A stretch of DNA of 64,000 bases from Azolla caroliniana (GCA_043228905.1 JBHGNT010000009.1:7998001-8062000), one strand, 5' to 3'; numbered from the stretch's first letter, positions 1 through 13,025 are shown. Translations and numbers: made by a program. The notes: a model not told the origin generated them from the letters alone.

Positions 1-3000
1 TCGGCCATCCCGAATTTGAAGAGCATACTCAGCACGTAGTGACGTTGGCTGATCAATATGCCTTCGGGGGTACGGATCACTTCGATCCCGAGGAAGTAAT
101 GAAGGTCCCCCAGATCCTTCATGTTGAACGATGCCGCAAGCTGGAGCTTCACGCGGTCGATTTCACCTAGGTCGGCGCCGGTGATGACCAAGTCATCAAC
201 ATATAGTAGAATACTAACCGGTCCGAGTCGACCTTTCCGGATGAACAGGGAAGAGTCCGATTTTGACGTGACGAAACCCATCCGACGCAGTTGTTGCGTG
301 ATCTTCGCGTTCCAAGCACGCGGGGCTTGCTTCAGTCCGTAAAGGGACTTCTTCAGTTGGCATACTGCCGAGGAGTTTGTTCCGAAGTGAAATCCGAGGG
401 GCTGTACCATGTACACCTGTTCCTCAAGGTCCCCTTGCAGGAACGCATTCTTTACATTCATCTGATGTAAGTGCCACCCCTTGGCCGCGGCTACTGCGAG
501 CAAAACACGGACGGTCGTCATTTTCGCGACCGGCGCAAACGTCTCATTGTAGTCGATGCCGTGTTTTTGCGCGTAGCCCTTTGCCACTAGCCGAGCCTTG
601 TACCGGTTGACTGAGCACTCGGTGTTGTACTTGACCTTGTACACCCACCTACACCCGATCGGCTTCACACCCTTCGGTGCGTCAACCAGGTCCTAGGTCT
701 CGTTCTCCGCCAGTGCGTGCATCTCTTCCTCCATCGCAGCACGCCAATTCGCGTCTTTAGCCGCTTCTGCGTAGCTCTTTGGCTCACGCACTTCCGCTAC
801 ACGGGTCATGTACGCATAATGATGCGCCATGTACTCGTTGTATCCGAACCGCACAACTGGGTTCTTTTGGCGGGTAGATCGGCGTAATGTCACATTTGCC
901 GATGTCGAGGCCTTCTCGGTCGACGCGGTCTTCACCTTTAAAGACCTGTCACCGGTTCCCTCGGAGTCGGACTCGCGTCGGTCTGACTTGTTCCTTTCCG
1001 TGTCGGAATCCGACACCTTCTTCTTCCCTTTCTCTTTGCGTGTAAGCCGTCTCCTCGGCTTCCTGCGCGGGGAATGCACGACCAAGTCTCCACTACTCGC
1101 CGGCTCTTCATCGGACTGGTTGTACCGACTCAGTCGTCCAATCGGTCCACTTAACCGGAGTGAAATCGGACTCTCTTCGTGGGTCTCGATTTCGGGCTCA
1201 TCCTGAGGCATCTCGTCCTCATCGTCAGAACTCGTATTGGAGTCGGGGTTCCGAGTCGGGGGTAGGTACCAGGACGCGGATTCGTCAAACACAACGTCGC
1301 GGCTGACACGCGCTTGTTTGGTGCAAGGGTTATAGCACTTATAACCCTTCTGCTCATCCGAGTAACCGACCAAGATGCATTTCTCGGCCTTTGCGTCCAG
1401 CTTCCTCCTTTTCTCCTTCGGTACATGCACATACGCAATGCTACCGAACACCCTCAAGTGTCGCAAGTTCGGCTTCGTTCCGAAATATAGCTCGTGCGCT
1501 GACACTTTGTCTCCAATCCGGTTTTGGATGTATACCGCGGTCCTTACCGCCTCGGCCCAATAGAACTTGGGCAAGCTCTTCTCCTCCAGCATTGCCCGTG
1601 CCGCTTCCACAACTGACCGATTCTTCCTCTCGGCCACGCCGTTCTGCTCTGGCGTGTATCTACAACTGAATTCGCGCTGAATTCCCATTTGTTGTAGATA
1701 ACCGTTGAATTGATCGGAAAAGTACTCTTTCCCGCCATCCGACCACAGACATTTGATCTTTCGTCCTGTTTCCGTTTCCACGAAACCTTTGAGGTCCCGG
1801 AAACAGTCGAAGACTTCGCTCTTCCTCTCAATGAGGTAGATCCACGTGTGCCGCATGTGGTCGTCGATGAAGGAGACGAAATATCGGCTCCTGCCAAGAC
1901 TAACGTTTTGTGCCGGCCCCCATACATCGGAGTGTATAAGGTCGAGCTTATTCCGGCTCCGGTTTCGCTCGTTTGGGAAGGGAAGTCGGTGTTGCTTCCC
2001 GAGTTGGCAGACTTCACAAACTTGTGCCTTTCGGCCACTAAAATTGGGCAATCCGAACACTACCTGTTTCGATTGTAGATCTTGAAGCCGCTGGTAGTTG
2101 ACGTGGCCTATCCGCTTGTGCCACAAGTCGACGTTCGACTCGGCTTTTTGTCCCTTTGTGAACATTGCGGTGCCGCCGTCAGTGGAGTCGAGGATGAACA
2201 TCCTCCCGTCTCTGCGCCCTTGTGCAATCACATGGCCTTCTTCCTCAATGAAGCACCCGAGGTGTGTAAACCGAACCTCCATCCCTTGGTCGACGATCTG
2301 TCCGACCGAGACCAAGTTCTTCGTGATTGTCGGAACGTGCAGCACGTTCATGAGTTTCCCTTTCTGCCCGACATGGCTAAGGGGAACTTCTCCGACATTC
2401 GCGATCGGATGCGGAGTGTCGTCTCCTGTTGCGACTACTCCAGGTTGTATCGGTTTTTCAAGGTACGAGAACCACTCCTTATGGCTCGTCATGTGGTTTG
2501 ACGCGCCGGAGTCTACGTACCACACCTCGTCCGATCTCGGGGTGCTCTGTTTCATTGAGTTTGCTTCGTGTCTCGTCACGAAGACATACCCTTCTCCAGC
2601 TCTCCCGGAGTCTTTGGCGTAGTGCGATCGCTGCCGATTTCCCTTGTGGGTATGTCCAGAGCCGTTTTCGGAACCGGTTCTCTTCGAATCGGCGCGCTTC
2701 TTCCAGCACTCGCTTTCCCTGTGGCCTTTCTTGCCACAATACCAGCACTCCGCGATGGCCTTCCCTTGCCGGTTCTCATTGCTTCAACTCCCCCTATTTC
2801 CGGAGGGTCTGGAGTTGCTGTTGGCATCATTTTGGTGCCTTCTTCCTTGATCACGTCGGCCGCCTCCATTGCGTGCCGACTCGCCTCGTCCGCCACGACC
2901 AGGGGGCCTTTCTCCCTCCGTGTACAACATCTTGCTGTTGGTGTGCGTGCTCGTCGACGCACCCGCGTGGTTCTCCTCTACCAGGATCATCGACTGTAAG

Positions 3001-3533
3001 TCGAAAAAGGACGGCGTATTCTCCCGGGTACACACAGCCGTTCGGAACGCTCCGAACTTCGACGCCAAACATCCGAGACAGATCTGGACCATCTCGCTCT
3101 CCTCGATGTTCACCTCTATGGAGGCGAGGGAGTCGCAGATATCCTTGATCTTCGAGGTATAGTCCGCCACCGACAAGTCGCGTTGTCGTAGGTTGCTCAA
3201 CTCCTGTCGGAGCTGGAGCTTCCTGGCTGTGGTGCTCGCGCCGAAGATCTTCTTCAGATTTTCCCACGCACCCTTCGGCGTCTTTGCATCCCGAACATAG
3301 CTCAATAGTTGTTCGCCCACACACGACGCGAAGCAGTATAGTACCCTGCTCGCCAATTGCTCCCACGACGGGAAGTCTCTATGTGTCGATTCGGGTGCCG
3401 CGTCATTAGCTCCTTCGACATAACTCCAGTAGCCGTGCCCGAGCAGGTACTGGTGCATCTTGTAGGACCAAGACGCGTAGTTGGTTCTGTCGAGCTTCTC
3501 TGTTGGAAGCGAGCTCGCCATGCCTCTATCCAT
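1..3533 (-). pseudogene. copia gag-pol polyprotein with two in-frame premature stops
   Basis: ORFs 2784..3533 and 693..2579 share a frame. TGA at 2784-2786 precedes the knuckle ECWYCGKKGHRESEC. TAG at 693-695 replaces W in ETWDLV. The RT frame continues to the window edge. Confidence 0.9.
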
Positions 3534-3605
3534 CGTTCTTCTCCTTCTTCTTCGTCATGCTGTGTCGGCTGCAAAGAGGTTCTCAACCCTCGCGCTCTGA
3601 TACCA

Positions 3606-3941
3606 TGTAGAAAATAACGTGCGGAAGCAAGTATGAAGACAAGACAAAAGGAAGGAAACTCAGGTTCAATGGAGAGCTTGGGCTTACGCAGTATACGCGG
3701 GAGAGACAAAGAGAGAGTGAGAGAGAACACAAGAAATTATATTCAACAATAATACTCAGTCTATACATAAGACGTGCTCAGTGAACACTTTTATACAAGC
3801 CCTAGAAGGACTGACCGAAGTACTGACAGTACTTCAATGCTCATCAAGAGCTCCTACACTAACTCCCAAATATATTCCTCACGGAATATCTTTCCTAACG
3901 ATCTCCCGGTTTACGCACTCGGCCTAACCGATCGGTCCCAA
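3606..3941 (-). repeat. copia 5' LTR, PBS-proximal part (distal part 7910-7974)
   Basis: Abuts the PBS. Its CCGATC-GGTCC motif resumes after the inserted TIR element and ends at ...CTCTCAACA (7974). Confidence 0.7.
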
Positions 3942-6900
3942 ACACCGGGTCATTTGAAACAGGTAATATGTCGCATTCTCTTTTTCATATCTTAGTGAGA
4001 TGTTAAAAAATGCCTTATTTAAGCAAAATTTCAACAAGGCACGACGCATGTGTATGTGGTTTATGAAAACATAGCGAAAAAAAGAACTAACTAATATCAC
4101 GTCAACAAAATCATCCGACGTATATTCTATCTACCATGTTTTTGTCCAAATCTTAGACAGGGGTGTATTTGTCAACACAAGTATAATAGTAACACGGGTC
4201 CTTGTGCATATTCTAAAAAGCATGCCCCATTGAATAAGTGACTTCTTCTAATTATGTGTGTATATTTAAATATAATACATCTTAAAGCAAATTGTGAACC
4301 TTGCAATTAAGAGATACTACTATGTCAAGAGAAAATTTCCATTGACACGTGATACATGACACTGTCAATGTATAAAGAAACTAGTCTACAATAACATTCC
4401 AATCATATGAGTAAATGATAGAGTATAAACTTATCTCCGATATACCCCAAATGATAAAGGAGAGTTTAGATAACATGTACACATACAAGTATACTTAATT
4501 TCTAAGTTCAATGATTGTTACACGAAAATTATAAGTAAGCTCAACTTATATATTATGTCAAAATTTAACAATTCATATTGTTCAAAATTTACAATAAGCC
4601 ATAACCATTCAATCGAATAATAAGCCTGGTAAAGCCGTCTACTCAGGATTAGCTCTTTCATCAGGATTGTCCTCATTGGCTTCGTCAGTACGCTAAGTTG
4701 AATTGTTAGTATGTTCAGACTCTGAAATGTCTTCTAATTCAACAAGTTGCCCTGCGTCTTCATCTATAGTTCCACAAGTTTTCTAAAAGTCATCTGGAAC
4801 ATCTAAGTTTTATCGATATGCTTTGCCCCAACTTCTTGGTCTTGATCAGGACAACCCCAGATACCTTGGATCCTCATTTCGATGACATTAACTTGCTCAA
4901 GGTCCTTCTCTAATGCAACAGAGTTCCTGATAATCTTTAAGGCGTATGTTTTAGTAGTACATGACAGTAGAATGAAATTGCACAGGTAACATCAAATTGA
5001 AGAATAGAATATAACGTTAATCTAAATTGATGTAAGTTTTATATTATATACCTGTGTCAGAAAACTAATCTAAAACCCATTGAAAATTTGAAACAATAAA
5101 ATTTGAAAAAATAAAAAATCTTGGATTTTTAATTGGAATCCAATGCGATGCACTAGATTTCAGTTGAAAATCCAAGTTTTTTTTTTTTTTGTAATTTTTA
5201 AAATTTTTTCCATTAAAAAATAAAAAATGGATTTTCAGCTAAAATACTATGCACTACATTATATTTTAGTATATATAGCTAGAATCTAATGCAATGCGTT
5301 GGATTAGAGTCGAAAATACTTTTTTCTTTTTTCTTTTTCCAATGTTATTTATTTATTTATTTTCCATATAAAAAAATAATAAACGGCTTTTCAATTGAAA
5401 TCCGATACACTACATCAGATCGTAGTCTATACAGCTAGACATTGATGCATTGCATCAGATTTTAGCTGGCAATCCTCTTTCTTTTCAATTGTTTTTCATT
5501 TTTTCAAAAAATAAATAAAAATATATTAAAAAAGTGGATTTCCAACTGAAATCTAATGCACTACATCGAATTTCAATTAAAAATCCAAATTTCTTTTAGG
5601 TTTTTCATAAAACAATGAGATAATAAAAAAATATTACATTTTCAACAAAATCTGAACCATTGAGTCGGATTTCAATTGCAAATTAATGTTTTATGAAAAA
5701 ACATAAGAAAAATATTGGACTTTCAACGGAAATCCGATGCAGTGCATCGGATTTCCATTGAAAATCCTGTTGAAAATGATCTGTTTTCAACAGGAATCCG
5801 ATGCACTACATCGGATTCCCGTTGAAAACACATCATTTTAAATGGAGAAAATCACAATTTGTTTATTTTTAACACTTTTTTAGAGAAAAATATAAACAAA
5901 TAAGAAAATTTGTAAACAAACAAGAAAAAGTGGACTTTCAATGGAAATCCGATGCAGTGCATCGGATTTCTGTTGAAAATCCATTTTTTTCAATTCCTAT
6001 ATATTTATTTATGATAAAAACAAAAACAATTCAAAACAAATACAAAATCAAATTCAAAATATCTGAAAAATTGGAAACAAATAAGACAAAATGGATTTTC
6101 AATAGAAATCCGATGTAGTGCATCGGATTTCTGTTGAAAACCCATTTTTTGCAATTTTTATTTATTTATTTATGGGAAAAAATGAAAACAAATTTAAAAA
6201 ATACAAAGAAATATTTTTAAATATGAAAATTTGGTAACAAATAGCAAAAAGTGGACTTTCAATAGAAATCCGATGCAATGCATCGGATTTCCTTTGAAAA
6301 TTCATTTTTTCAATTTCTATATAGTTATTTATGATAAAATAGACAAACAAAATACCAAAAAAATTCTAAAAAATATGAAAATTTGGATTGAAAATCTATT
6401 TTTTCAATATTTATTTATTTTTTATAGAAAAAATTCAAAAAAATTTAAAAAAAATTTAAAAAAAAAGCAAATTTGGAAAAAAATACGTAAAAGTGAACTT
6501 TCAACCAAAATCCGATGCAGTGCATCGGATTTCCATTGAAAATCCATTTTTTCAATTTTTATTTATTTTTTTATGGGAAAAATTCAAAAAAATTCAAAAA
6601 AAAAGCAAATTTGGAAAAACATACGTAAAAGTGGACTTTCAACCAAAATCCGATGCAGTGCATCGGATTTCCGTTGAAAATCCATTTTTTCAATTTTTAT
6701 TTATTTTTTTATGGGAAAAATAAAAACAAATTAAAAAACAATTCAAAAAATAAGAAAATTTTCAAAAAAATAAGAGAAATTGGATTTTCAATTGAATCCG
6801 ATGCACGGAATTGGATTTCCATTGAAATCTAATTTTTCAATTTTTATTTATTTATTTACGAGTAAAATAAAAAATGTTTATTTATTTATTTATGGGAAAA

Positions 6901-7909
6901 TGTTTTATTTTTTCAATTTGTATTTATTTATGTATTTTCGGGAAATCCATGCAATGTATCATATTTTAGTCTATGTAGCTAGAATTCAATGCAATGCATT
7001 AAAATGCAAGAGTATTTTTTTAATGGAAATTTTTAAAAAAATTCCAAGACTTACAAGAATCTGATGCATTATATCCAATTCTAGATGTATAGAGTAAAAT
7101 TCGAAATGTTGCGTCAAATCTAGATGGAATGAATCGGATTTCTGTACGACATCAAAGGCTTACTATGAGAATCTAAGAAAAATGGAAAACATCTTTAAGA
7201 CATTTTTTAGATTCTAATGATTTTGGTAGAAAGCTTCTCTCACATAATCTAATCTTGTAAATGGAAAGTACATAATGAAATATCATAACCAAAAAGTGAG
7301 GAGGAAAGATGCATCAAGCACATCTACTCTTACATTGGATAATGTTTATATATTAGTGTATGACTTATCTTTGACCAAAACAAGTTATCTGTGATAGACC
7401 ACAATGAAGATACTAAAAGAGGATCTGGAATGTGGCTTCAGACACAACACAGACAAACAAGAAGCATGACTCATAAACTCGATGAGGTTGGATTGCAATT
7501 GGATCAACACAATGCATTAATTGCCATTGATGATGAGGATGAGACCTCATAAACTCGTACTAGTTCATCCAATGGGTATGAAGATGATGACATAAACTTG
7601 AAAAATGATTGTCCTGATACGTTAACTATAAATATTGTATTGCACATCAAGATTTGGATTCAGAATTTCTATAAATATTGGGGTTAGTCATTTTGGACAT
7701 TCATTTGTAAGTTTGGCATGTCCATTATTTAGGCATTTTTTTGAACACCTAAATTTCCGTACATGTTAAAAATCAATATATTTTTTGGTCATTTTTAAAA
7801 TTCCTTTACGCATGCGGCACCCCTTTTTGTGAATCACCCTAATTTGTGTCATTTTTTGATGGACAGTTCTCAAAATGCGACATATTACCTGTTTCAAATG
7901 TCCCGGTGT
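3942..7909. mobile_element. non-autonomous TIR DNA transposon (possibly hAT-related), ~4 kb
   Basis: 36-bp TIR ACACCGGGWCATTTGAAACAGGTAATATGTCGCATT at 3942-3977 and 7874-7909 (1 mismatch). Flanked by TCCCAA at 3936-3941 and 7910-7915. No intact transposase ORF. Confidence 0.85.
5121..7144. repeat. array of ~50-bp palindromes with AT-rich linkers inside the TIR element
   Basis: Consensus TGGAYTTTCAAYRGAAATCCGATGCAGTGCATCGGATTTCCRTTGAAAATCCA. Best copies at about 5717, 5931, 6092, 6252, 6494, 6632 and 6781, with more degenerate copies on either side. Confidence 0.9.
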
Positions 7910-8698
7910 TCCCAACCGATCCGGTCCTTGGCTTCTTCAGCCGATCCGACCGATGTTGAGCTTGTCTCTCAACAAGTAGGAATCAACAACGGCTCGGTTT
8001 CGACTTAACTGGGTTGGCCTTGTCGAGACCAAACCGCTCTCCGAACCGTGTCAGATGGTTGCCCATCACACGGCTCACCAACTTGGGATTACTATTAGTA
8101 GAGGGATAACTTCTTCTTCTGTGTGTCCAGGAAGAACAGGAAGGTCCTACTCGCGTCTCATTTGAGTGTACGACATCTGCCAACTTAGGCCCCTTCCCTT
8201 CTGTTGATTCAAGCGGCGCTTCCCGGTTGTTTGTTTTTGTCGATCGAAGAGGCGGGTACTGCGAGAATTGCGGGATACATCTGGTTTACATTCTCCTAAT
8301 TATCCTGATTTACGTCGTACATTAACCGATTACGATTTCGAGGGACATTTATTATGAAAAGACTTCCTCTTAAGTGGATACGTGGAAGTACGTCATGATG
8401 ATATGGAGAAATGTGTGGTTTGGCCCTAAAAGGTTTGGTTCGTTTTGAGCCTTGCCAAAACCGAGCTCAAACCGGTCAAGGAGGCTGAAGCTTGAATCGA
8501 GCCGAGCCTCCAAACCTCCAAACCGTTTAAAAATGGTTTAACCGGCTCAGTTCAGGCTTGAGCCGAGCGAGAGATCGGACTCTCGGCAACGACACGGGTT
8601 GTGTCTTTTGTGTGTGACTGTAGAGTCTCTGTGAGGGAGAAAAGACTGTGGGCGATATTTCCTCTGTTTTGTGCAAAGTCTGTAGAGTAGTATGTGCC

Positions 8699-11600
8699 AT
8701 GGAGGCCTTTTGTACCGCCACCATTAGCTCCCCCCCTCCCTCTGCCTGCTGCCATGGCGCCCTCACACAGAGGTTCATGACGAAGAGGAAGAAAAAGAAG
8801 AAGCTCAGAAATCCACAGAGAGACACTCGTCTTCTTTGCTTGCAGAATCGTCATCATCATCATCATCATTCATTCCATCATGCGTCAAGGAAGCATTCTT
8901 CTTCATCTTCATTTTTCAGCCCTGACGTCCTCATCAGAAGAAGCAAAGACAGAGAGTTTAATAAGGTTAGTTGTAGCTTCTGTTAGGAGAGTTTTGATGT
9001 TATCTATGATTATGTTCTTTTAGTCAGGGTGTAGTTATTATGGCAGGAAGAAATACCACCCAGTGTGAATACATACCTTCTAGCACTACCTTTGTAGACC
9101 ATTTCTCGTGGTTGAGTGTGAATGAACCACTTTGTCGTGTTCTTTAGTGAGTATGATTATAAACTCTTAAATTTTATGGGTGTGTTAATTATTGTGATTG
9201 TAGCTCTTGATATGTCACTATGTGAGTAAATCATCATAATCTGAGCATTTGTTATGCCATCATGTGATGAATATTTTGATCATTCAACTTCCATTCGTCA
9301 ATCATGCCTCTATTTAATTTTTTATTTGTATGCTGTCATATGATTGAATGTTTGATCATGGAAATCTCAGCTTTTTCTTAGTATACAATGATGTATTAAA
9401 AACTGTGGTCCATTAAAATTAAATTTCCATCAGCTGATGTTTATTTTAAGGTAGTTTGCTTATTCCTCAAAATAATGGCAGTTGATTGAATGGCTTAGAT
9501 TAATCTTCAGCAGACCCTGGCCTTTGATGGCGGTGATGGTAGAGAGGGTGGGCATCATGGTGATCATGGAGATGGTGGAGGAGGGCATCATGGTGGCCAT
9601 GGATATGGCAATGGAGATGATGAGAACAAAGACTGGTTTTCAGAAGGAAAAAGAAAAGCTTATTTCATGTTTCTCCTACATCTCCTTAGAAAACATGTGA
9701 GAACCGGAAGAATAAAAGCTCTGATGCCAGCTCTGATCTTGCAGCTATTCTTGTATAAGAACATTAATGCATTTGCTGATGCCTTTAGCAAAAGCGAAGG
9801 AATTGGTGGTGCAGAAGGGGCTGTCTTTGGTATCCGAGGTGGGACCTGGACCAGATTTCTGATTGATTCTGAAAAGGATAAGTTTATTGTCGATCCTGTA
9901 ACAGAGAATAATGTGGAAAAGTTTGCATCTCCGGATCATCTCAAAAAGAACAGCACACTTAACTCTCTTGAAGGTTGGGGATTACTGCATTTGTTGAAAC
10001 AATGCTCGGATTTCTTCCGGAACCTAATGCTGCCAGAAGGATACCCAAGTAGTGTTACAGGTGACTACCTAGAATACTCATTATGGCGAATGGGGCAGCT
10101 CATTGCTTGTCAGATCAATGGTGTGCTTACAACTCAGGTTAACATTGGGATAGAATCCAATAGATAATATGGCAGGTTTCTATCATGCAAGTGGCAGCTA
10201 TGGCATATACATAAACTTTTGGACTACATATTTCAGGCTTTGCTTTATGCGGTGGGTTTAGGAAAGGGAGCGATTCCTACAGCAGCAGCCATAAATTGGG
10301 TTCTTAAAGATGGTATAGGCTACTTAAGCAAGATATTGCTTGCAAAGTATGGCCGTCATTTTGACGTTCAACCCAAAGGATGGCGGTTGTTGGCAGATTT
10401 CCTCGAAAATGGCTCATATGCACTGGAGCTTCTTACTCCAATCTATCCGAATCTTTTTGTTTACTTAGGTGCGGCTGCCGGGGCAGGCAAGTCAGCTGCT
10501 GGCTTAATTCAGGTTTGTGCTCAGAAAATATTGCCAGTTTATATTATAAAAATCACATCTTCCTTCTTTCTTCCTTCCTTTTTGCTCTGTTTGTACATGC
10601 ACAGTGTTTTTAGCTTCAAATTCGTGTAGAAATGATATATTATTTATCTTGTTAGTGATGAGATACACCAATTGTAGAACGTTGTAGAATAAAAGTTGTG
10701 TTCTTCTTGGTCATTTGGACTCCAGGAGACTCTGGTACATCTTTCTTTCTTTCTTTCTTTCTTTCAGTGTGATTGCTTGCTTAGTCGTCACCAGATTTTT
10801 TGAGGTTATCAAGGAGGAAAACAAAACCATTTTATATAGATTGCACCTTATATTTCTTTAACCACGAGTCTAAATAGTGAATACATTATATACTATTACT
10901 TCGGAAGCATATCCTCTGACTTATTTATTTGTTGCAAACTTAGTTGGGAACATTACTTTGATCTCCATTACTTCCCCTTGAAAGTTCAAATTTGCATGAT
11001 GACAACTGGGACTTAGTATCACACTCATCAGAATTTGTTCTAGCAGTTTTTCTTGTGGTTGGATGGTGGTTAGGAGCTCAAATCCGTCTGTACTTAAATT
11101 ATAACTTTTATCTCAATTCTAATACAGTGGGTATAATATACTGAAAAGTATGTTATGATGGGATATAATAATGCAGATTATTTCACTTTTATCTTTGCTT
11201 CTGATCTGTTACTTTGTCCTGATGAAGGCAGAGAGGGGCACAATTAAGCATGCACACACATGCAGACGTTTGTATACTGATATTATACAAAATGGCAGTT
11301 TAGTTTATAAGATGCACGTTTTCAAAGTATTTTAGTATACTGCATAAGTTGGTTTTTTATGCCTTATAAAGCTTTAACAAAGTGCAGGCTGCTACCAGAA
11401 GTTGCTTTTACGCAGGTTTTGCTGCCCAACGTAACTTTGCAGAAGTAAGTAACATTTTCTCTCTCTTTAAAGTCTATTTTTCAATTGTGCTTCTTTTGCT
11501 CGTAATACTCCCTTGAAACCTGCTGATATTGTCAACAACATATGGTGTGACTGGTTGTGTATGCTTTTTCATTCTTTTCGTCCATGATGATGGTATTTCT

Positions 11601-12994
11601 TTCATGATTGGATAAGCGTGGGCGTATGTTCTTTCTTTTCTTCATAATGAATGGAGGTGCTGGTATTTCTTTCATGATGTGCACTGTAGATATATGCATT
11701 TTCATTTCTTTTTCCGTGCTGATATTTCTTTCATGCTGGCATATATTTTTTAAAAGGACTTTTGCCAAGATTGAGATTGGAATTGAGATCTTGATGTATC
11801 ATTAGTTTGCAGTGTTTGGATGGGTTTGAGCAATTAATATAAAATGTACTCTGTTGAATGAAAGTTGTAAAATCTGTCTCGAATAATCAAAGATTCATTC
11901 TTGATTCTCTATTGATTCTTTTTTATGAATTTGTAAAGTGTCAATTTAGCACAAGGACTTGATTGTGATCAATGGTGTTTTTCATGTATCTCGTAACATA
12001 TGGTCGTGCATTTAAATTTTTATCTTTTATGCTCCTAGAAGATGCAGTTGTCAGTTTTCTTGATTGTTTCATGGCCAAAAAGATTGAGTGGAAGTTCCCT
12101 TTAGTATCACATATTTTTGGAGACCCATAGCCCAAGTTTTTTCTTTCTATAACTCATAGAATGGTTGCGATTCAGTTAACAGATCCTTCCTGGAATATGC
12201 AGTGTGGCAGTTTTCCTTGATTGTTTCATGACAAAAAAATGGAGTGTTTTTTTAGTGTTACATACATTTGAAGGCCTGTAGCCCAAGTTTTCTCTTTCTA
12301 TTTCTCATGGAATAGTGACTTTGTGAGCATATAATGAATGCTTCTAGTTAGAAGACTTTCTGATTGCGTCTTCTCTTTTTGAGTTTTCACCTAGAACAAG
12401 GGTCCAACAAGATCTTTCTATTCAATTTGCAAGATGCATATTTACTCTGTAGGTGATTGCCAAAGGAGAAGCTCAAGGCATGGTGAGTAAATCTCTTGGT
12501 ATTTTGGGCGGCATTGTGGTATCCCATTATGTTGGTCCTTCTGGAACAATGCTTGCTGCCACCTTCCTCGTAGTCAGTGGTGTTCACATGTTCTGCAATC
12601 TAAGGTCATATCAAGCTGTGCAGCTTCGAACTCTCAATCCTTATCGGGCAAGTATGATTCTAAATGTATAGGTAGAAGATACATTACATTATTTTTTAGG
12701 ATTTTTCCTCAGTCGAGTCTGTTTTTTATGCTTTGGGATAAATATCCTCTTGGTTAAATGTATAGGTAGAAGATACATTACATTATTTTTTAGGATTTTT
12801 CCTCCGTCGAGTCTGTTTTTTATGCTTTGGGATAAGTATCCTCTTGGTTACATGTCAGGTTTGGTATTTGGAGAATATATAAAGAGAGGTGTGATTGCTT
12901 CTGTGGAAGAAGTGAATGCAGAGGAACCCATTTTTACTGGAATTCCAATTCAATTATTCAAGAATCGAGGGAATAAAGTGAGTATGTACATATA

Positions 12995-13025
<31 letters not shown>

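Larger units (their letters stand above)
1..7974 (-). mobile_element. Ty1/copia LTR retrotransposon (runs off the left edge; 5' LTR split by a TIR element)
   Basis: Order on the minus strand is gag, CCHC knuckle, protease (WYVDSGASNHMT), integrase (HSDVWGP, WSDGGKEY, PEQNGVAERKN), RT (KARLVAKG, SLYGLKQAPRAW, LLYVDD). A tRNA-iMet PBS TGGTATCAGAGC is at 3594-3605. The LTR starts TGTTGAGAG (minus) at 7974 and ends CA at 3606. Confidence 0.93.

Noticed and set aside
829-3366. many alternative-frame and antisense ORFs over the copia gag-pol (likewise 43061-44818)
   Set aside because: GC-rich shadow ORFs with no recognisable motifs.
3891-3900. copia LTR end at TTTCCTAACG
   Set aside because: It would need a CG terminus. 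A canonical TG end at 7974 and motif continuity across the TIR element fit better.
5930-7064. ORFs with repeated KSDAVHRIS peptides
   Set aside because: These are translations of the DNA palindrome array, present in several frames and on both strands.
5121-7144. CRISPR-like repeat-spacer array
   Set aside because: Eukaryotic context and no cas genes. The repeats are degenerate, and the spacers are homologous low-complexity A/T tracts of variable length.
8445-8575. AAACCG/GAGCC-rich patch in the RUS1 promoter as a hAT MITE
   Set aside because: No TIR pair or TSD could be found.
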